A stretch of 64,000 bases of DNA from Eledone cirrhosa (GCA_964016885.1 OZ024746.1:37634001-37698000); one strand, 5' to 3'. Positions 23,171 to 37,544 are shown, numbered from the stretch's first letter. The notes: generated from the letters alone by a model not told the origin. Numbers and translations: made by a program.

Positions 23171-25719
23171 TTCATCTTTCTTTCTCTCTTTTTTCATACT
23201 TTCTATCTCTCTTTCTCTATTGGGGAATATTTTAGTCATAATTATATTGTTTAGTGTTTCCAAGGCATCTTTTTTTTTCTTGCATGACAATACAACAGAC
23301 CAAATATATAGACCAGCATTAAATATAGTTTAATATACATCAACATTTTAACAACATAACATGCTAACCATCCACACATACACATACCCCCCCCCCCCCC
23401 CACATACCCCCCCCCCACACACACACACATAACACCCTCTTCTATCTTCGAAAATAAAAGACCAGAACTAAATATATTTTAACATAGGTTAATATTGTAA
23501 CACCTTAACATGCTAAACATACCCCCCCCCCACACACACACATAACACACTTCGCCATTTCTACTAATGGAATCATTTTCCTACACACACACATCTGCAC
23601 ACAAATAAAATAATATATTTCTATTTTCTACGTGGCCGCCAACAAAACCACCACAACTATCCACACAAACATTGTATTTAATTCAATAGAAAGTTTGAAT
23701 TCTGATACCTGTGCGCATGGCTGATGCGCACAGAAAGGGACCAATTTTCTCCCTCCCATTTCTTGACCAATATATTTTGTTTAGCACAAAATGCTCTATG
23801 AGAAATCATGTGACTCTTAAATTTGCAATAAAGAAACACCAAACACGAACTGACGCGAAATTTGATGTACTCATTCACGTGATAATCATGAACCAGACAA
23901 ACTTGATTCATAAATAAAACCAAAAACAATTTGAGCCATATTTTTCAGTGAAAAGGACAATAGAGAGCCCTCAAACGCGAACTGGCGTGAAGATGGATGT
24001 ACTTATTCACGTGACAGTCATCAAAACAACAAATTACTTTTTAAAAAATCCAGCAAATCGAGCTCCATTTTTTTTTTTTCACATAAAACAGAAACAACAC
24101 TCGAAGACCAAATAGATACGAGAAAAACTACAAACCGTCCATCTGAATTCTACTTTTGAAAAGCATAAGAACTGTGAAACAGGTAAAGGAAACAAATAAA
24201 TATTCTTAATATGACTGCAATTGCATTTTCGATGAAACGTAAATGAAAACGATAAAGCAATCGACACAATATAATACAGAAATAGAGTATTAAGAGATCA
24301 CGTTGAAATAGAAAGATAAACAGTGAGTAGAGGGAGGGGCAGAATGTTTCTTTTTAGATAAAGTTCGTTTATATTCAGTCAGCCATTTTGGGGAAAAGCT
24401 GGGCAGCGGCTTTGTGCGCGCGTGAGCGTGTGTGTATTCCCGTGTGTGTTTGATCATTTGTCTGTGCAAATGGGTCAGGGATTGACGTTGGACCATCAAG
24501 AAACTGGCTGCTGTGAGAGTGAAGATGTGTACGTTTGTGGAGTGACCAACATACGGAGGTGCACATGTATGTGAAATTCTGCGTACATATACACGCGTGC
24601 GTCAACCACGTACTCACAAACACACATATATATATATATAGATGTATACAAATATTTATATATATATATATATATATATATAGGGCGGTATACGTGTGTA
24701 CGTCTGTGTGTGCATCTTTGGGTGCGTGTGCTTGTGTTTGTGATTTAGGGTGGTGATGTTTTGTATGTTTGTGTACATATATGTTATTTAATTGGCTTAG
24801 ATTAATGTAGATAATAAGATAAAGTATGACAATTAAATTGCAAAATAATGTGAATTTATCACAATAGAATCATTGCATACAGTGTGCAGAAAAATTCATG
24901 TCATATTGCAGTTGAACGCTACAACTCATACATTCTGCATTTTTGAAAGAAATTTCTCTAAAAAATGTAAACATATTGAAAGAAATATATTATTTTCAGG
25001 TAGTTGACGAATACCTAATGTGGTATTTACAAATATTATGCAAAAACATAAGTGACAATAACAAATAACAGATCATATAAGAAAACAAAATCATTCTACT
25101 GAGTCACATAGAGAATAATTAAATGAAACTTTAGGAAAAATTGATATTTTGCAAAACAAACAGATTTACACAATTACGTATTGTGCAATTATCTGTGAAA
25201 ATAGACGTGATGGCCCGGAAATGTGTTTCTTAAATATTTCTTGATACAAAATAAATATGTTCAAGTAATGCATGATTTAAGCTTTAGGGATATCCAATAG
25301 AATGCTTTTTATTTCTAATTTGCAAATTTCAATAAATCATCTGGCATTATTCTTGAAATTAACGTATTCAATAACTTGATAAATGAAGGAGTTATATTAT
25401 TGTATATAAAGGATACACATTACACATTTTCTCATTTATATGTAAACTCCATCCAAATCGTTTTATATTCTACTTTGAAATATAGCCCAAATATATGGAA
25501 ATTGTTATTATTGTTGTATTATTTGGGACTTTGCTATGCGTTATGCTTTTCTCAAAATCTTTGCCGAGTGTAATGCTGAAACCGGGGACAAATTTGATAA
25601 TATACATATCTTAAAATAATTTGTCATACAAATGATGCCATAAGGGCACAACTTCAGTAAATATCTCTGCAATATTTTAAAATTGATAATACCCTTCCCA
25701 GGACATGGAAAATTCAAGT

Positions 25720-27600
25720 TGGCACTATTTTCTGTATCTCTTCCAACACACTATTGTTGCTATTGTTGTTATAATATTTGTAAATGTAATATATAAGAGG
25801 GAATAAGACATTCATTCTAAGTATATGGGCAACAAAAATCATAAGCGGAATCATCGTACGTACTGTCAAGTCATAATTGATTTAAAATGACGACCGTAGA
25901 TGTTTTAAAATATTCATTACTGTATATTTTCCTCAGCATCATCAACTTCACGTTTTACTTCATCTTCATAGCCTGTAATTCATTTCACCTTCTTGATATG
26001 CGTACAGATTTCTATTGCAATTACCAGTGAATTAAGAAAATGCTCTCGGTTGGGGGTCACAGAAACTTATATATTCTTTCATGTTGCAAAGGTATTACAA
26101 TTTTGATTTCCATCTTCCTTAGCATGGATATTTTCATGAAGTAAAGTTTAATATGTTGAACATATTCTGTGATCAAATCATTCGATTGAACATGTTCAAA
26201 ATCGTTGATTTGCCTTACCATTTATACATCTTGTGCTAAGTATAATGTCCAAATTAATTGCAAAAGGCAAATATGATAATTGATTTTTGCTGTTTTCAGT
26301 ATGGAAATCGAACTTTTACAATATGTTATTTCTTTCGCCCTATAATATAATTTAACTTATATTTAAACATCTATTTCTAATAATTTCCTTCATTTTAGTT
26401 TCCTTTATATCGTCTAACGCATTAATGCATAGCTATTTATAAAACTCTACAATCATGGTTAACGTTTATGTTAAGTGTATCCCATTACTTACGCCGATGT
26501 TGTTTTCGATAGCTATACTTCCACAAATTTTAATTCAATAAATTTCATTCCAATCCATTATCTTCAATGGAGTCTATTTAATCTACATTCTTTTCAAAGA
26601 GTTTAAAGTCATCCACAAAGTGATGATTTTCTTCATGATGTCTGCTTTTAGTAATATAATCATCGGTTACCACTATTAGAAGCTGTAATATCAAGATAAC
26701 TATCACAATAGGTTAATTATATTTCCCATTTACTCTTAATCTATAAAGTCAACTTACGTATATTCTCTGTTATATCTTCCAAAAGCTAGCATAGAAGAAT
26801 AAACAATCACTTATAGCATATTTCATTATTGATACTGCCAATTTTAAGATGAGTACATGGCTTCCTCCAAATCTGAAATATTTCTAGTGTCTCTTTATAA
26901 CAGGTATTTTATTTTATGTAAATATGTTATGTACATATATATAATGTTGAGAGCAAACTCTTCCGTTGGAAACACTGCGGCTTTCCTTACTAAAAAAAGG
27001 GCTGGAAGTTACTGCTATAATGACCATTCATTTACTGACCTGCATAATTGAAATCGTTTTAGATTTGCAACTTTGAGAAATTCTTTATACCAAATCACAA
27101 TTTACCTATTAGATGACTAAGGATTTGTGTAAGCACCATATAATTTCAGGTTTGTATACAGATTAATCATCTTCAGTTTGTCTGCATATTTCTGTCGTTT
27201 ACCTTTGGATATTTATGAGCTGAATTACCAGGAACTATTCATCATCTAATCTTTCAAACTAATCTTGCAATTATATCTTCACCAGCACTGATTTAAGTCA
27301 AAGTCTATTAAATATTAAAGAAGAAGTATTTTACTAAAGGTCTTTATTTTCTATTGTTATCTCACTATATTTATCTTCCATTTTTACATAATATCCCTTC
27401 CAGTTATTTTCACCTTCACTTTGAATGTTCCTTCGTATCCATTCACCGTCTCTGTTTCCCGTCTCTATTTTACATGCTATTTTCACAAGTATACTTGCAT
27501 CTGACTTACTCGCGACTACACTAACCGCATATTCCAAAGTCATAAATTATCATTGAACATTCGTATTTTTTTATCTTCCCAAGCAGATTCCCTTTGATAA
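25720..27600 (-). pseudogene. Probable decayed cadherin/protocadherin-like coding sequence
   Basis: Broken frames give, in order: IRMFNDN (~27560), SPFFSKESRSVS (~26990), GSINNEICY (~26830), EDITENIR...YLDITASNSG (~26780-26670), IHAKEDGN..NTFAT (~26110), then a TM-like MSYSLLYITFTNIITTIATIVCWKRYRK (~25730-25812). Confidence 0.4.
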
Positions 27601-28104
27601 TTCTTTTTGTGATTTCATCACACATCTCTAGATCTTTTTTGTTGAAATGAATCACATTTATCATAAACTCTAATACAGCAACTGTGTACTGTAGTTTATG
27701 GCTTTCGCTATATATCTGTCAAAGAATTCCAGTTCGTGTTCAGATATATCATCCGAGAAAGGATTACATCTTACCTTTTTTCTAAACAATGTTTATCATT
27801 GTCAACATCATCATCATCACCATAATGATAATGATAATGATAATAATAATGATAATAATGCTTTCTTTATTAACCACAAGGTTTTAATTAAAGTAGACAT
27901 TAAGGACAGTACAGGACAATACAGGACGGTACAAATGGGCATTTCTGCGTGTAAAAAAAACAGAGGATGTAATAAAAAATAACAATGAAAAATTCCCCAA
28001 TAGGGGGGAGACTTCCGAGGGACATTTGTGGAGAAAGACCATTAAAAGCCACAGTGACCCTGACCACCGGAGCAAGTGCCCTCTCCCAGTTTTCCACCTT
28101 TAAT

Positions 28105-31100
28105 TTACAGACACATACTCGGGCCATACTTGCTACTCTCACCCATCTTTCAACAAAATGCTGGGAAGAGAGCACTTCCCTCTCTACTCTGATTTTCCTT
28201 TTAAAATGAAATTTGAAAAAGTCAATCAGGGCATCACCGAAGAGGTAAGTGCTCGTCTTCAGCCCTTTCAAACGTGTACACCATACTATCTCTTTCGCCA
28301 TGGCCACCAGACAGATAAAAACTACCTGCCCTTCCCGGCTAAAGGAGGAGGGCGGGGCAATCCTCACGATGGACTCAGATGATAGCCGGACCCGTCCTAC
28401 ACGCGACAGCAGGTGTTCGACATAAACCCACAAGTCAGCAATTTTCGGACACTGGGCGAGTGCGTGCAGGACGGTTTCGTCGTCGTGCGCGCATCTCGGA
28501 CATGCCCGGCTGACGGCACCTCCATGCCTGTAGAGTTTATCCCGAACTGGCAAGGCTCCTCGGTAGCACTGCCAGGCCACAGATTTCTGGAAGTTGTCCA
28601 TAGGCTCTGGCCCGAAAGTTCTTCCGAAGAGATTGGCTAGTTGATTTTCGTCGACGTCTAGATTTTCCCCAAGTACGTCGTCGCTCTTCCCCTCCACTAA
28701 TCCTCTATAGAACGCCGAGGTGGAGTTTCCACCGATCACATTGACCGATTGGTCGAGGGCTGTGAGCGCCAGTCTCCAGGCGCTTCCTCTCGGTCTTCGC
28801 TTGACCCAGGACTGCAGCTCCGTCAAGGAAACGAGCTGGGGAAATACGTGTCTAGCAAACGATGACCACACCTGATCACCGTCGAGGAAGAGGTGGAGAT
28901 TTCGTAGACTGAGTGCGTGCCTGCGCATCATCAACCACGGCATGCCCATCCCTCCACGTAGCGGGTGTTGACAACAGATGGACCGCCTGACCATCGGAGC
29001 GCGTCCCTTCCACAAAAAGCGAAAAAACAAACGCTCCAGCGCAGTCAGGCAAGGCTTAGGACAAGGTACGACGGTCAGGCGGTAGCAGGTGACAGACGTG
29101 ATGTACGCGTTAGCCACCTCCGCTCGACCTTTCAGGGATAGCTTCCTTTCCGCCCATTTCTGGGTGAGAGAAGCCACCCTGCTCGTCACCTCGTCCCAGT
29201 TTTAACCGGTCCATCCGTCCAGCGTCCGACGACGCTGTTGGACGGCATAGACCTGCCTCTCCAGGTGCCGAGCCGCAGGCCCACTGACTTTTCCTGGTTG
29301 ATCATCGCTCCTGTCACCGCTTCGTATTCTCTTAGTGTAGTGCCGATCGCCTCGATGTATTTGGCGTTCGACATCACTACGGTGACATCTTCCGCATATG
29401 CTGACACGGATCTTCCGCATCCTAGTTCGCGCGGGACGCCCCTCAACGTCTCCAGTTTGTGCAGTAATGGCTCGAGAGTCAATACGTACAAGGGGGACGA
29501 GAGGGGACATCCTTAGCGGACCGAGCGCATGATGTTGAACGGTTCCGAAAGGTGACCGTTCACTCTCACCACAGAGCAGATGTCGCTGTGCATGGCAATG
29601 ATCCAGCCTGTGAAGACGGGCCCAAAGCCAGCCGCCCTCAGGACTGCCGCTAGGTAACGATGGTCGGCCCTATCGAAAGCTTTCGACTGATCTAAATTGA
29701 TCAAGGACCCACCCGTGCCATGTTCCCTAGATTATCGTCTCTACGATATATCGCATGAGGTGGAGGTTGTCGTGGTTCGATCTGTCGGGAATGGCGCATG
29801 TCTGCGCCTCTCCCACCAGACAAGCGGCAACCTCTTTGCTAGCACCTTGGCCAAAATCTTGAACTCTGTGTTTAGCAGAGTTATGGGCCGGAATTTATCT
29901 ATGTTAGCCCCCTTGTTCGGATCCTTTCTCAGCAGTGCCACCGCTCCTCGGCTCACATAACTGGGAATTCTCCCGTTCTGTTGCCAGTTGCAGTAGACGT
30001 CCACCAAGAGGCCTCCGAACAAGTCTGGCATTTGTACGTAAAGTTCATAGGGCAGACCATCCAAACCAGGCGATTTCCCCTTGTGCAGCCAGTCATTGCC
30101 TCCCTTACTTCAGCGGCTGTTATCGGCTTTTCGCAACACTCCGCCTCAGTGGCCGAGAGCCGCGGCAGTCCGTCGAGGTAGACACTAAAGTCCATCACTC
30201 GACCCTGCCCACCGAACAGCTGAGTGAAGTGTCGCTGAAAAGCTTCACACATTTGCCCGGGATCGAGTAGCATGCGCCCGTCGTGGTCCACCAAAGACCG
30301 GATCGTGGCTTTGTTGCCACAACGCGCCTCCGCCACTCGGGCCCATTGAACGGCTTTCGTCCCCTCGTGACTGAGAGCACGCACCCTAGCTCTGACAACG
30401 CAGCCTTCGTGCTTTGTATTGAAGAATTGGTCAAGAGCCAATTTCGCCGCAAGCACGTCGGTCGCAATGCCTTTGCTAAGCGCCTCGTCTAATCTTCTAA
30501 CTAGTTCACCCTCTGCTCTATTTTTCTCTATTGCTAAAGCCTTACTAAACCTAATGGATTCTATTCTAATCGCTCTTTTCAGAGCAAACCACCACTTGTT
30601 GTTGACGATGGCCCCCGTCAACGCCCGCTTAACTAGTTCGCTAATCCGGTCTCTTTAGGACTTGCGCGCTGGTAAGGACGTGTTAAGCTTCCAGTAGCCG
30701 GGTCCTCGTCTATGAAGCCTATCTAAGTCATGCACACAGATCACGAATTTGTGGTCCGTGTAGCTGACTATCTTGAATTGTGGACAGCCTCTGCTAGACC
30801 TATCTATTTCCTTACAAAATACTCTATCTAGATATGATCTGGATGACCCAATGCGATTTGTCCAAGTCCACATTGGAACATTCGGGAAATCCAATCGGTA
30901 CCTCTCAGACAGTTCAAAATGGCTGAGCAGGTTGGTGAGACTCTTGCACCCTCCACGCCTATCCGCTAATCCCACACAGTCCCAGCGTGCATCTCAGATC
31001 CCGTTCCAGTCGCCTACTAACACTAAAGAGGGGGACGTTGCAAGAAAGGTCTCCAGACGCCGGTAGAAATCAGGCCGCCCTGCTCCTGTCGGGGCATAGA

Positions 31101-31430
31101 CGGCCACTAGCCTGAAAGCTTGCCCGTCTCCGCTGGTCACGTCCAGCACCACAAACTTACCCTCTGGGTCCAGGAAGATGGCCCGTATGGCGAGATCCAA
31201 ACCTCTCCGAAAAAGCACAGCAATTCTTCCCCCCGATCCATGACGGCTGGGAGATGCGTACACATCGTAGCCGCCGAAGTAGGTGCGAAGGCCCGTGCTT
31301 CGGAGATTCTGGTCTCGCTGATGGCCACTACATCTATGTTTAGTGACCTGAGGTCGTTGAGCAGGTGACCCTGCTTCCATGACGACCCCAAGCCACGCGC
31401 ATTTATGCTGCCTATTCTGAGTGAGGTCAT
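28105..31430 (-). pseudogene. Tx1 ORF2 (APE + RT + C-terminal CCHC), multiple frameshifts
   Basis: MTSLRIGSINARGL start; GDWN, TDH, YWKLN, FRPITLLN, LDQSKAFDR, AYAED (catalytic D mutated), CPRCAHDDETVLHALAQC. Confidence 0.93.
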
Positions 31431-31464
31431 GTTGAAAAGGAGTGGAAAAGATGGGAAAGAACAC

Positions 31465-33569
31465 TTACCGTATTTTTCGTAGAGGAGGGATGGTTTTTCC
31501 ATCCCTTTTCACTTGATCGTCTGGTGAAGGGACCGTTGAATCGTCCTTTCGGCTGGTTGTCGGCTCTTCTATGAGTATGTCCGAATATACTCTTCGATTG
31601 AGAGTCCCTCCTAGGTCTCTGAAATCACCAACTGCGTTGGGGAATTTCGTTTTAATGTTTGTGTATTGTTTCTGTGTTATTTTTAGCAGTCTTATGTTAG
31701 TTGGCGTTTTGACTGGTGCTGGTATTATGTAGTCGTGTTGTGAAATGTCTGTGTGTTCAATTATGTAAGTCATTCGTTTCTTGTTGTGTGTATTGATTGC
31801 TGTGCATTTGTTTTTCTGGGGATGGGGTGTGGTTCTGCTATTTTCTTGCCGTTGTTGCTGGGCGTGTGTGTTTTGTTGTTGTGTTTGCGATGTTGGTGCT
31901 TGTGGTGGTGGTGTTGAAGGTGTTGTTATTGTTGGCGGTGGGGTTGTCGCCGGTGGTGATGGTGGTGCTAGTGTGGGTGGTGATGGTGTTGGTGGTGTTG
32001 CTGCTGTGAGTCTCTTTGCAGTAGCCTTTACCCTTTTTTCATTTCTTTCCTCCCTTTTCGAAGGCGACGATGCGTTGCTTCTGCGTTTGTGCCTTCTTAC
32101 GACCTTTTGCCATCCCTCTCCCACCTCAAACTCCATGTCTGATTCTGTGAGGTCGGGGAGGGGTACCAGCTCCACTCTTTCACTTGTTGTTGTTGGTGAT
32201 GTTTGCACTGGAGTCTCTGTTGCAGCTGCATTTGGTATTGCTGTTGTTGTTGTTAATACTTCGACTGCTGCTGCTGTTTTTGGTTTTCGTGGCGTGGGTA
32301 TGGGTGCCACGGACCTGTCTTTCCTGGTTGCAGCTTGTCCAGTTGCTGGTAGCCGTGGAGCCGGTTTCGGAAGGAGGGAGCTTTACTCATTTCTCATGGT
32401 CTTCTCGTTGCAGAAGGCCCTGAGGTGAGTCTTCGATCCACAGCGAAAGCATTTCGGGCGTTTGCCCTCAACACCTATGGGCAGTTGAATGCCGTTATCA
32501 AAGTCTATCGCATCCGGGATAGCTTCGATGCACTCCTGGTTGGTTTGGATTAACATCTCAATGGAGGTGCTGACCCAATCTTCTCTTACTTTTTTCTGTA
32601 CTTGCAGTACAGTTGTTTTGTCCTCGATTCCGACGAGGACAGACGCGGCCAGCCAAGAAGGGGCCACCCCGGAGGGGGTGGTCAATTTTACCCTCACAAT
32701 TTTTTGCCCGCAGTAGGAGGGCACCAACACCATTTCCTCGTTCCTTAGGGTCACTAAGGATTGAGCCTTTGCCTCCTGGGGTGTGGCAAAAAGTACGTCT
32801 AAGGTGGCATATTTCTTGCCTCGGGTGATGTGCGTTTTCCTTGCCACACAGACCCCAAGGCTTTTTGTATTTGAGCCTCTGTGGCTCTTTCAACCCTACG
32901 GGATTTTGTACTTACTGTACGGTACGTGACCGTACAGTGCTGTTGGGATTCGAAAAATGTTTCCGCTGCTTTGCAGATTGCTCGGTGCCCAGTTTTTGTC
33001 ACCATCTTCGCTTCCTCTAATACCTCATTTGTTATGAGGAAGGTTTCCAGGTTCTTCGCGATACCTGCAAACGAGATTGGTTTTTCTTTGCTGCTGTTGT
33101 TGTTGTTGTTGTCGTCAGAGCCGCTGTTACTTTTGTTGTTGCTGCAGGTACTACGACCTCTGCCGCCGCCACTGTTGCTATGGTTGTTGTTGTTGTTGCT
33201 GCTGCTAATGCTGTTGTTGTTTATGCTGCTGCTGATGCTGTTGCGGCTGCTACTGTTGTTTTCATTGTCACTGTTGCTGTTGTTATTACGGCTGCTACTG
33301 CTATTATTCCTGACGTCAGACGAATGAAATGGGTTTTCGTATTTCCCGCACACCTGTTTCGTCGTTGTCGTCGTCGTCGTGGAGAAATATTTCACGCTTT
33401 GCACGAGACTTTTCTTTTCTGTCGTCGCTTTTGAAAGAGAAGGGAGGGAGAGAGACACATTTAAAGAAGGGAGGGAGAGAGACAATCTTCTCTCTGCTGT
33501 AGTGACGATTGAGGAAGAAGAAGACGGAATGAGTGGGAGTGACCTATGAAAATTCTTTTTCGTAGCCAT
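31465..33569 (-). pseudogene. Tx1 ORF1, frameshifted
   Basis: ORF pieces 32799-33569, 32383-32847 and 31465-32310; CFRCGSKTHLRAFC knuckle. Confidence 0.9.
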
Positions 33570-34093
33570 GTTGTTTTTTTGTTTAAAATAAATATTGGGT
33601 ACAAAACCCCAATAATAAGTTATTTAACCGCGAAGGGCCAAATAACGGGCAGAAAGACCCCTCTCACGAGGAGGAGGGTGTTTTTGTCTACAAGTTGGTT
33701 AAAGTTTTAAACTATTTACAATTGTTATAGCGTTCAAAATTTACAATACCTTACAGAGCCGAGCCTCCGTCAACCATAGCATTCAATAATAATAATAATA
33801 ATGATTTCTTTATTGGCCACAAGGGCTGACATCAAGAAAAACATCACAGACGGAACAGGACAGTACGATGTGAGTTTTGTGCGTGTAAATATTTTTATTA
33901 TTCATATAAGAAAAGATAAAAAGACATAAAACATATATATATATATAAACAATAAAATGAAAATTGAAACAATGGATAATTCCCCAATAGGGGGGAAACC
34001 TCCGAGGGTTACTCGTACGAAAACCACACAAAAGACCAAGGCCACCCTGACTACCAGGGCAAGCGCCCTCTCTTAATTTTTCCGTCTCTCATA

Positions 34094-37000
34094 CTACAGA
34101 CGTATATTCAGAGTGGTCGCGTTCACTCGGACCATTCTGGCTACATTCACCCCCCGCCCTTTCAACAAACTTGCTAGAAAGCAGCACTTGCCTCTCGACC
34201 CTGATTTTCCTCTTCAAGTGAAACTTGAAAAAGTTAATTAGGGATTCGCCGAAGAGGAAAGTGTTTGTCTTTAATCCTTTCAACCTCGTCCACCACACAA
34301 TCTCTTTCGCCATGGCCACCAGGCAGATGAAAACCGCCAGCCCTTCCTCCTCGAAGGAAGACGGCGAGACCATCTACACAATGGACTCAGTCGACAACCG
34401 GATCAGTCCCACACGCGACAGCAACTGTTCGACATAGCTCCACAAGTCAGCAATGCTCGGGCACTGAACGAGTGCGTGTACAACGGTTTCGTCGCTATGC
34501 GCGCATCTCGGACAGGCTCGGCTGACGGCACTTCCGTGCCTGTAGAGCTTATCTCGAACCGGCAGCGCTCCCCGGTAGCACTGCTAGGTCAGGGATTTGT
34601 GGAAGTTATCCATAGGACCCGGGCTGAAAGTTCTCCGGAAGAGAGCAAACAGCTGATCTTCGACGCCCAGGATCTCTCCGAGAATGTCGTCGCTCTTAGC
34701 CTCCACTAGTCCTCTATAGAACGCCGAGGTGGATGTTCCACCGATACTGGTGCCCAACTGGGAGAGGGCAGTGAGCGCCTGGAGACATTCCAGTTTCCAA
34801 GCGCTATCCCTCGGTCATTTTCTGACCCAGGACTGCAGCTCCGTCAAGGAGACGAGCTGTGGGAAAATGTGGCTGGGGAAAAGCGACCACACCCGTTCAC
34901 TATACGGAAGCACCAGAGATGTCGCAGCATCAGCGCACGTTTGCGCATCATCAGCCGTGGCATGCCCAGTCCTCCACGCAACGGATGTTGACAGCAGATG
35001 GATCGTCTGACCATGGGAGCGCGTCCCTTCCACAAAAAGCGGAAGGGGAGGCGTTCCATTTTGGTGAGAGCTGGGCTGGAGCAAAGGACGACGCTGAGGC
35101 GGTAGCAGATGACGGATGCGATGTACGCATTCGCCACTTCCGCCCGGCCTTTCAGGGACAGCTTCCTCTCAGCCCATTTCTCAGTGAGGGAGGTCACCCT
35201 GCTCGTCACCTCGTTCCAGTTTTTCTCCATCTGGAGGTCCGGTCCGAACCCGACCCCGAGCAATTTAACCGGTCCGTCCGTCCAACGCCCCACGACGTTG
35301 TCGGACGGCATGGACTTGCCTCTCCAGGTGCCTAGCTGCAAGCCCACCGACTTTTCCTGGTTTATCTTTGCTCCTGTCACCGCTTCGTATTCCTTGAGAG
35401 CGGTGCCGAGCATCTGGACGTGTCTTGTACTCGACACCACCACGGTGACCTTGTCAGCGTAAGCCGACTCGGATTTCCCGCATCCTAGTTCGCGTGGGAC
35501 GCCCCTCATCGCCCCCAGTTTGTGCATTAACGGCTCGAGAGCCAATACGTACAAGAGGGGCGAGAGGAGACAACCTGCCGGACTGAGCGCATGATACAGA
35601 ACGGCTGCGGCAGGTGACCATTCACCCTAACAAATTAGCAGATGTCGCTGTACATTGCAGCGATTCAACGCCTGAAAACGGGCCCTAAACCGGCTGCCCG
35701 GAGGACCGCCACCAGGTACCGATGGTCGACCCTATCGAATGCTTTCTGATTGATCCAAATTGATCAGGGCCCCACCCTTGCCAGGTTCCTTAACCACCCT
35801 CTCTATGATGTATCGCATGAGGTGGAGGTTGTCGTGTATGGATCTGTCCGGAATGGCGCATGTATGCGCCTCTCCCACCAGACCCTTGACGACAACCGCC
35901 AACCTCGTTGCTAACACCTTGGCCAAAATCTTGAACTCTGCGTTTAGTAGAGTTATGGGCCTGAAATTATCAATAACATCCCCCTTGTCCGGTCTTTTCT
36001 CAGCAGCGCCACTGCTCCCCGGCTCACAAAACTAGGAATGCACCCGTTCTGCTGCCAGTTGCAGTAGACCTCTGCCAAGAGGTCACCGAAAAAGACTGGC
36101 ATAAATGCATAAAGTCGTAGGGCAGACCATCTAAACCTGGCGATTGACCTCTTGTGCAGTTAGCCATCGCTTCCCGTATTTCATCGGCTGTTATTGGCTT
36201 TTCGCAACACTCTGCTGCGGTCATCGAGAGCCGAGGCAGTCCGTCGAGGTATGCACTGAAGTCCTTGCACCGATCCGTGCCGCCGCCGCTCCCGATCAGT
36301 GCAGCAAAGTGCTGGTGAAAAGCTTCACACATCCGCTCGGGTTCGAGCATCACGCACCCGTTTTGGTCAGGAAAAGACCGAATTTTGGCTTTGTTGCCAC
36401 ATCGCGCCTCTGCCACCCGGGCCCATTGGATGGGTTTTGTCCCCTCGTGTTTCAGATCACGCGCTCTATCTCCGACAACGCAGCCTTCGTGTTTTGCGTT
36501 GAAGAATTGGTCGAGTGCCAATCTCGCCGCAAGCACGTCGGTTGCGATGCCTGTCCTAAAAGCCTCTTCTTGATTTCTGACTAGCTCTCCCTCTACTCTA
36601 TTTTCCTCCATCACTACTCCTTTGCTAAACCTAATTGATTCTACTTTAATTGCCCTTTTCAGGGCGAACCACCACCTGTTGTTGACGACCGTTCCCGTCA
36701 ACGCTCGCTTAACTAATACGCTAATCCGGTCTCTGTAGGCCTTGCGCGCCGGGAAAGACGCGTTCAGCTACCAGTAACCAGGCCCTTGTCGATGAAGTAT
36801 GTCTATGTCGATCTCACAGATCACAAATTTGTGGTCTGTGTAGTCGACTATTTTAAATTGTGGACAACTTATACTAGCCTTATCTAGTTACCTGCAGAAT
36901 AGCCTATCTAGATACGATCTGGATGACCCGATGCGGTTTGTCCATGTCCACATTGGCACATTCGGGTGATCCAGTCGATACCTGTCAGACAGTTCAAAAC

Positions 37001-37512
37001 GTCTGAACAGGTTGTTGAGGCTATTGCACCCTCCTCCCCTATCCACTAGCCCCACACGACCCCAGCGTGCATCCAAGATACCGTTCCAGTCGCCCACTAA
37101 CACTAAAGAGCGGGGACGTTCCATGAAAGGTCTCTAGACGTCTGAAGAAATGTGGCTGTCCTGCCCCTGTTGGGGCGTAGACGGCTACTAGCCTGAAAGC
37201 ATTGCCTTCGCTGCCGATCACGTCCAGCACCACCGGCTTACCTTCTGGTTCCAGGAAGATGGCCCGTATCGCGAGATCTAAGCCTCTCCGGAAAAGGACG
37301 GCAACCCCTCCCCCCGATCCTGGACAGCTGGGAGATGCGTATACATCGTAGCCGCCGAAGATTGGTGCGAAGGCCCATGCCTCGGAGATTCTGGTTTCAC
37401 TGATGGCCACCACATCTATGGTTAGTGACCTGAGGTCATTGAGCAGGTGACCCTGCTTCCAAGATGACCCCAGGCCACGTGCATTTATACTGCCTATTCT
37501 GAGTACAGCCAT
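34094..37512 (-). pseudogene. Tx1 ORF2, frameshifted
   Basis: MAVLRIGSINARGL, GDWN, SYLDRLF, SPGLDGLP, LDQS, AYADK (mutated). Confidence 0.92.
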
Positions 37513-37544
37513 GTTGGATGAGAAACGGGGCAAATGAGAAAGGG

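Larger units (their letters stand above)
27860..33784 (-). mobile_element. Full-length L1/Tx1-clade element, subfamily A
   Basis: 5' UTR, ORF1, ORF2 and 3' UTR ending CCTTGTGGTTAATAAAGAAAGC-ATTATT; flanked on both sides by ATT-type repeats. Confidence 0.95.

Noticed and set aside
23826-24040. Duplicated ~60-bp unit with CACGTG, and a nearby GCCATTTT motif at ~24382, as a promoter
   Set aside because: The duplication is real, but the motifs are short and no associated gene is visible.
27900-29189. 429-aa ORF as an intact gene
   Set aside because: It is the C-terminal piece of the broken Tx1 ORF2; a small deletion near 28120 makes it read into the 3' UTR.
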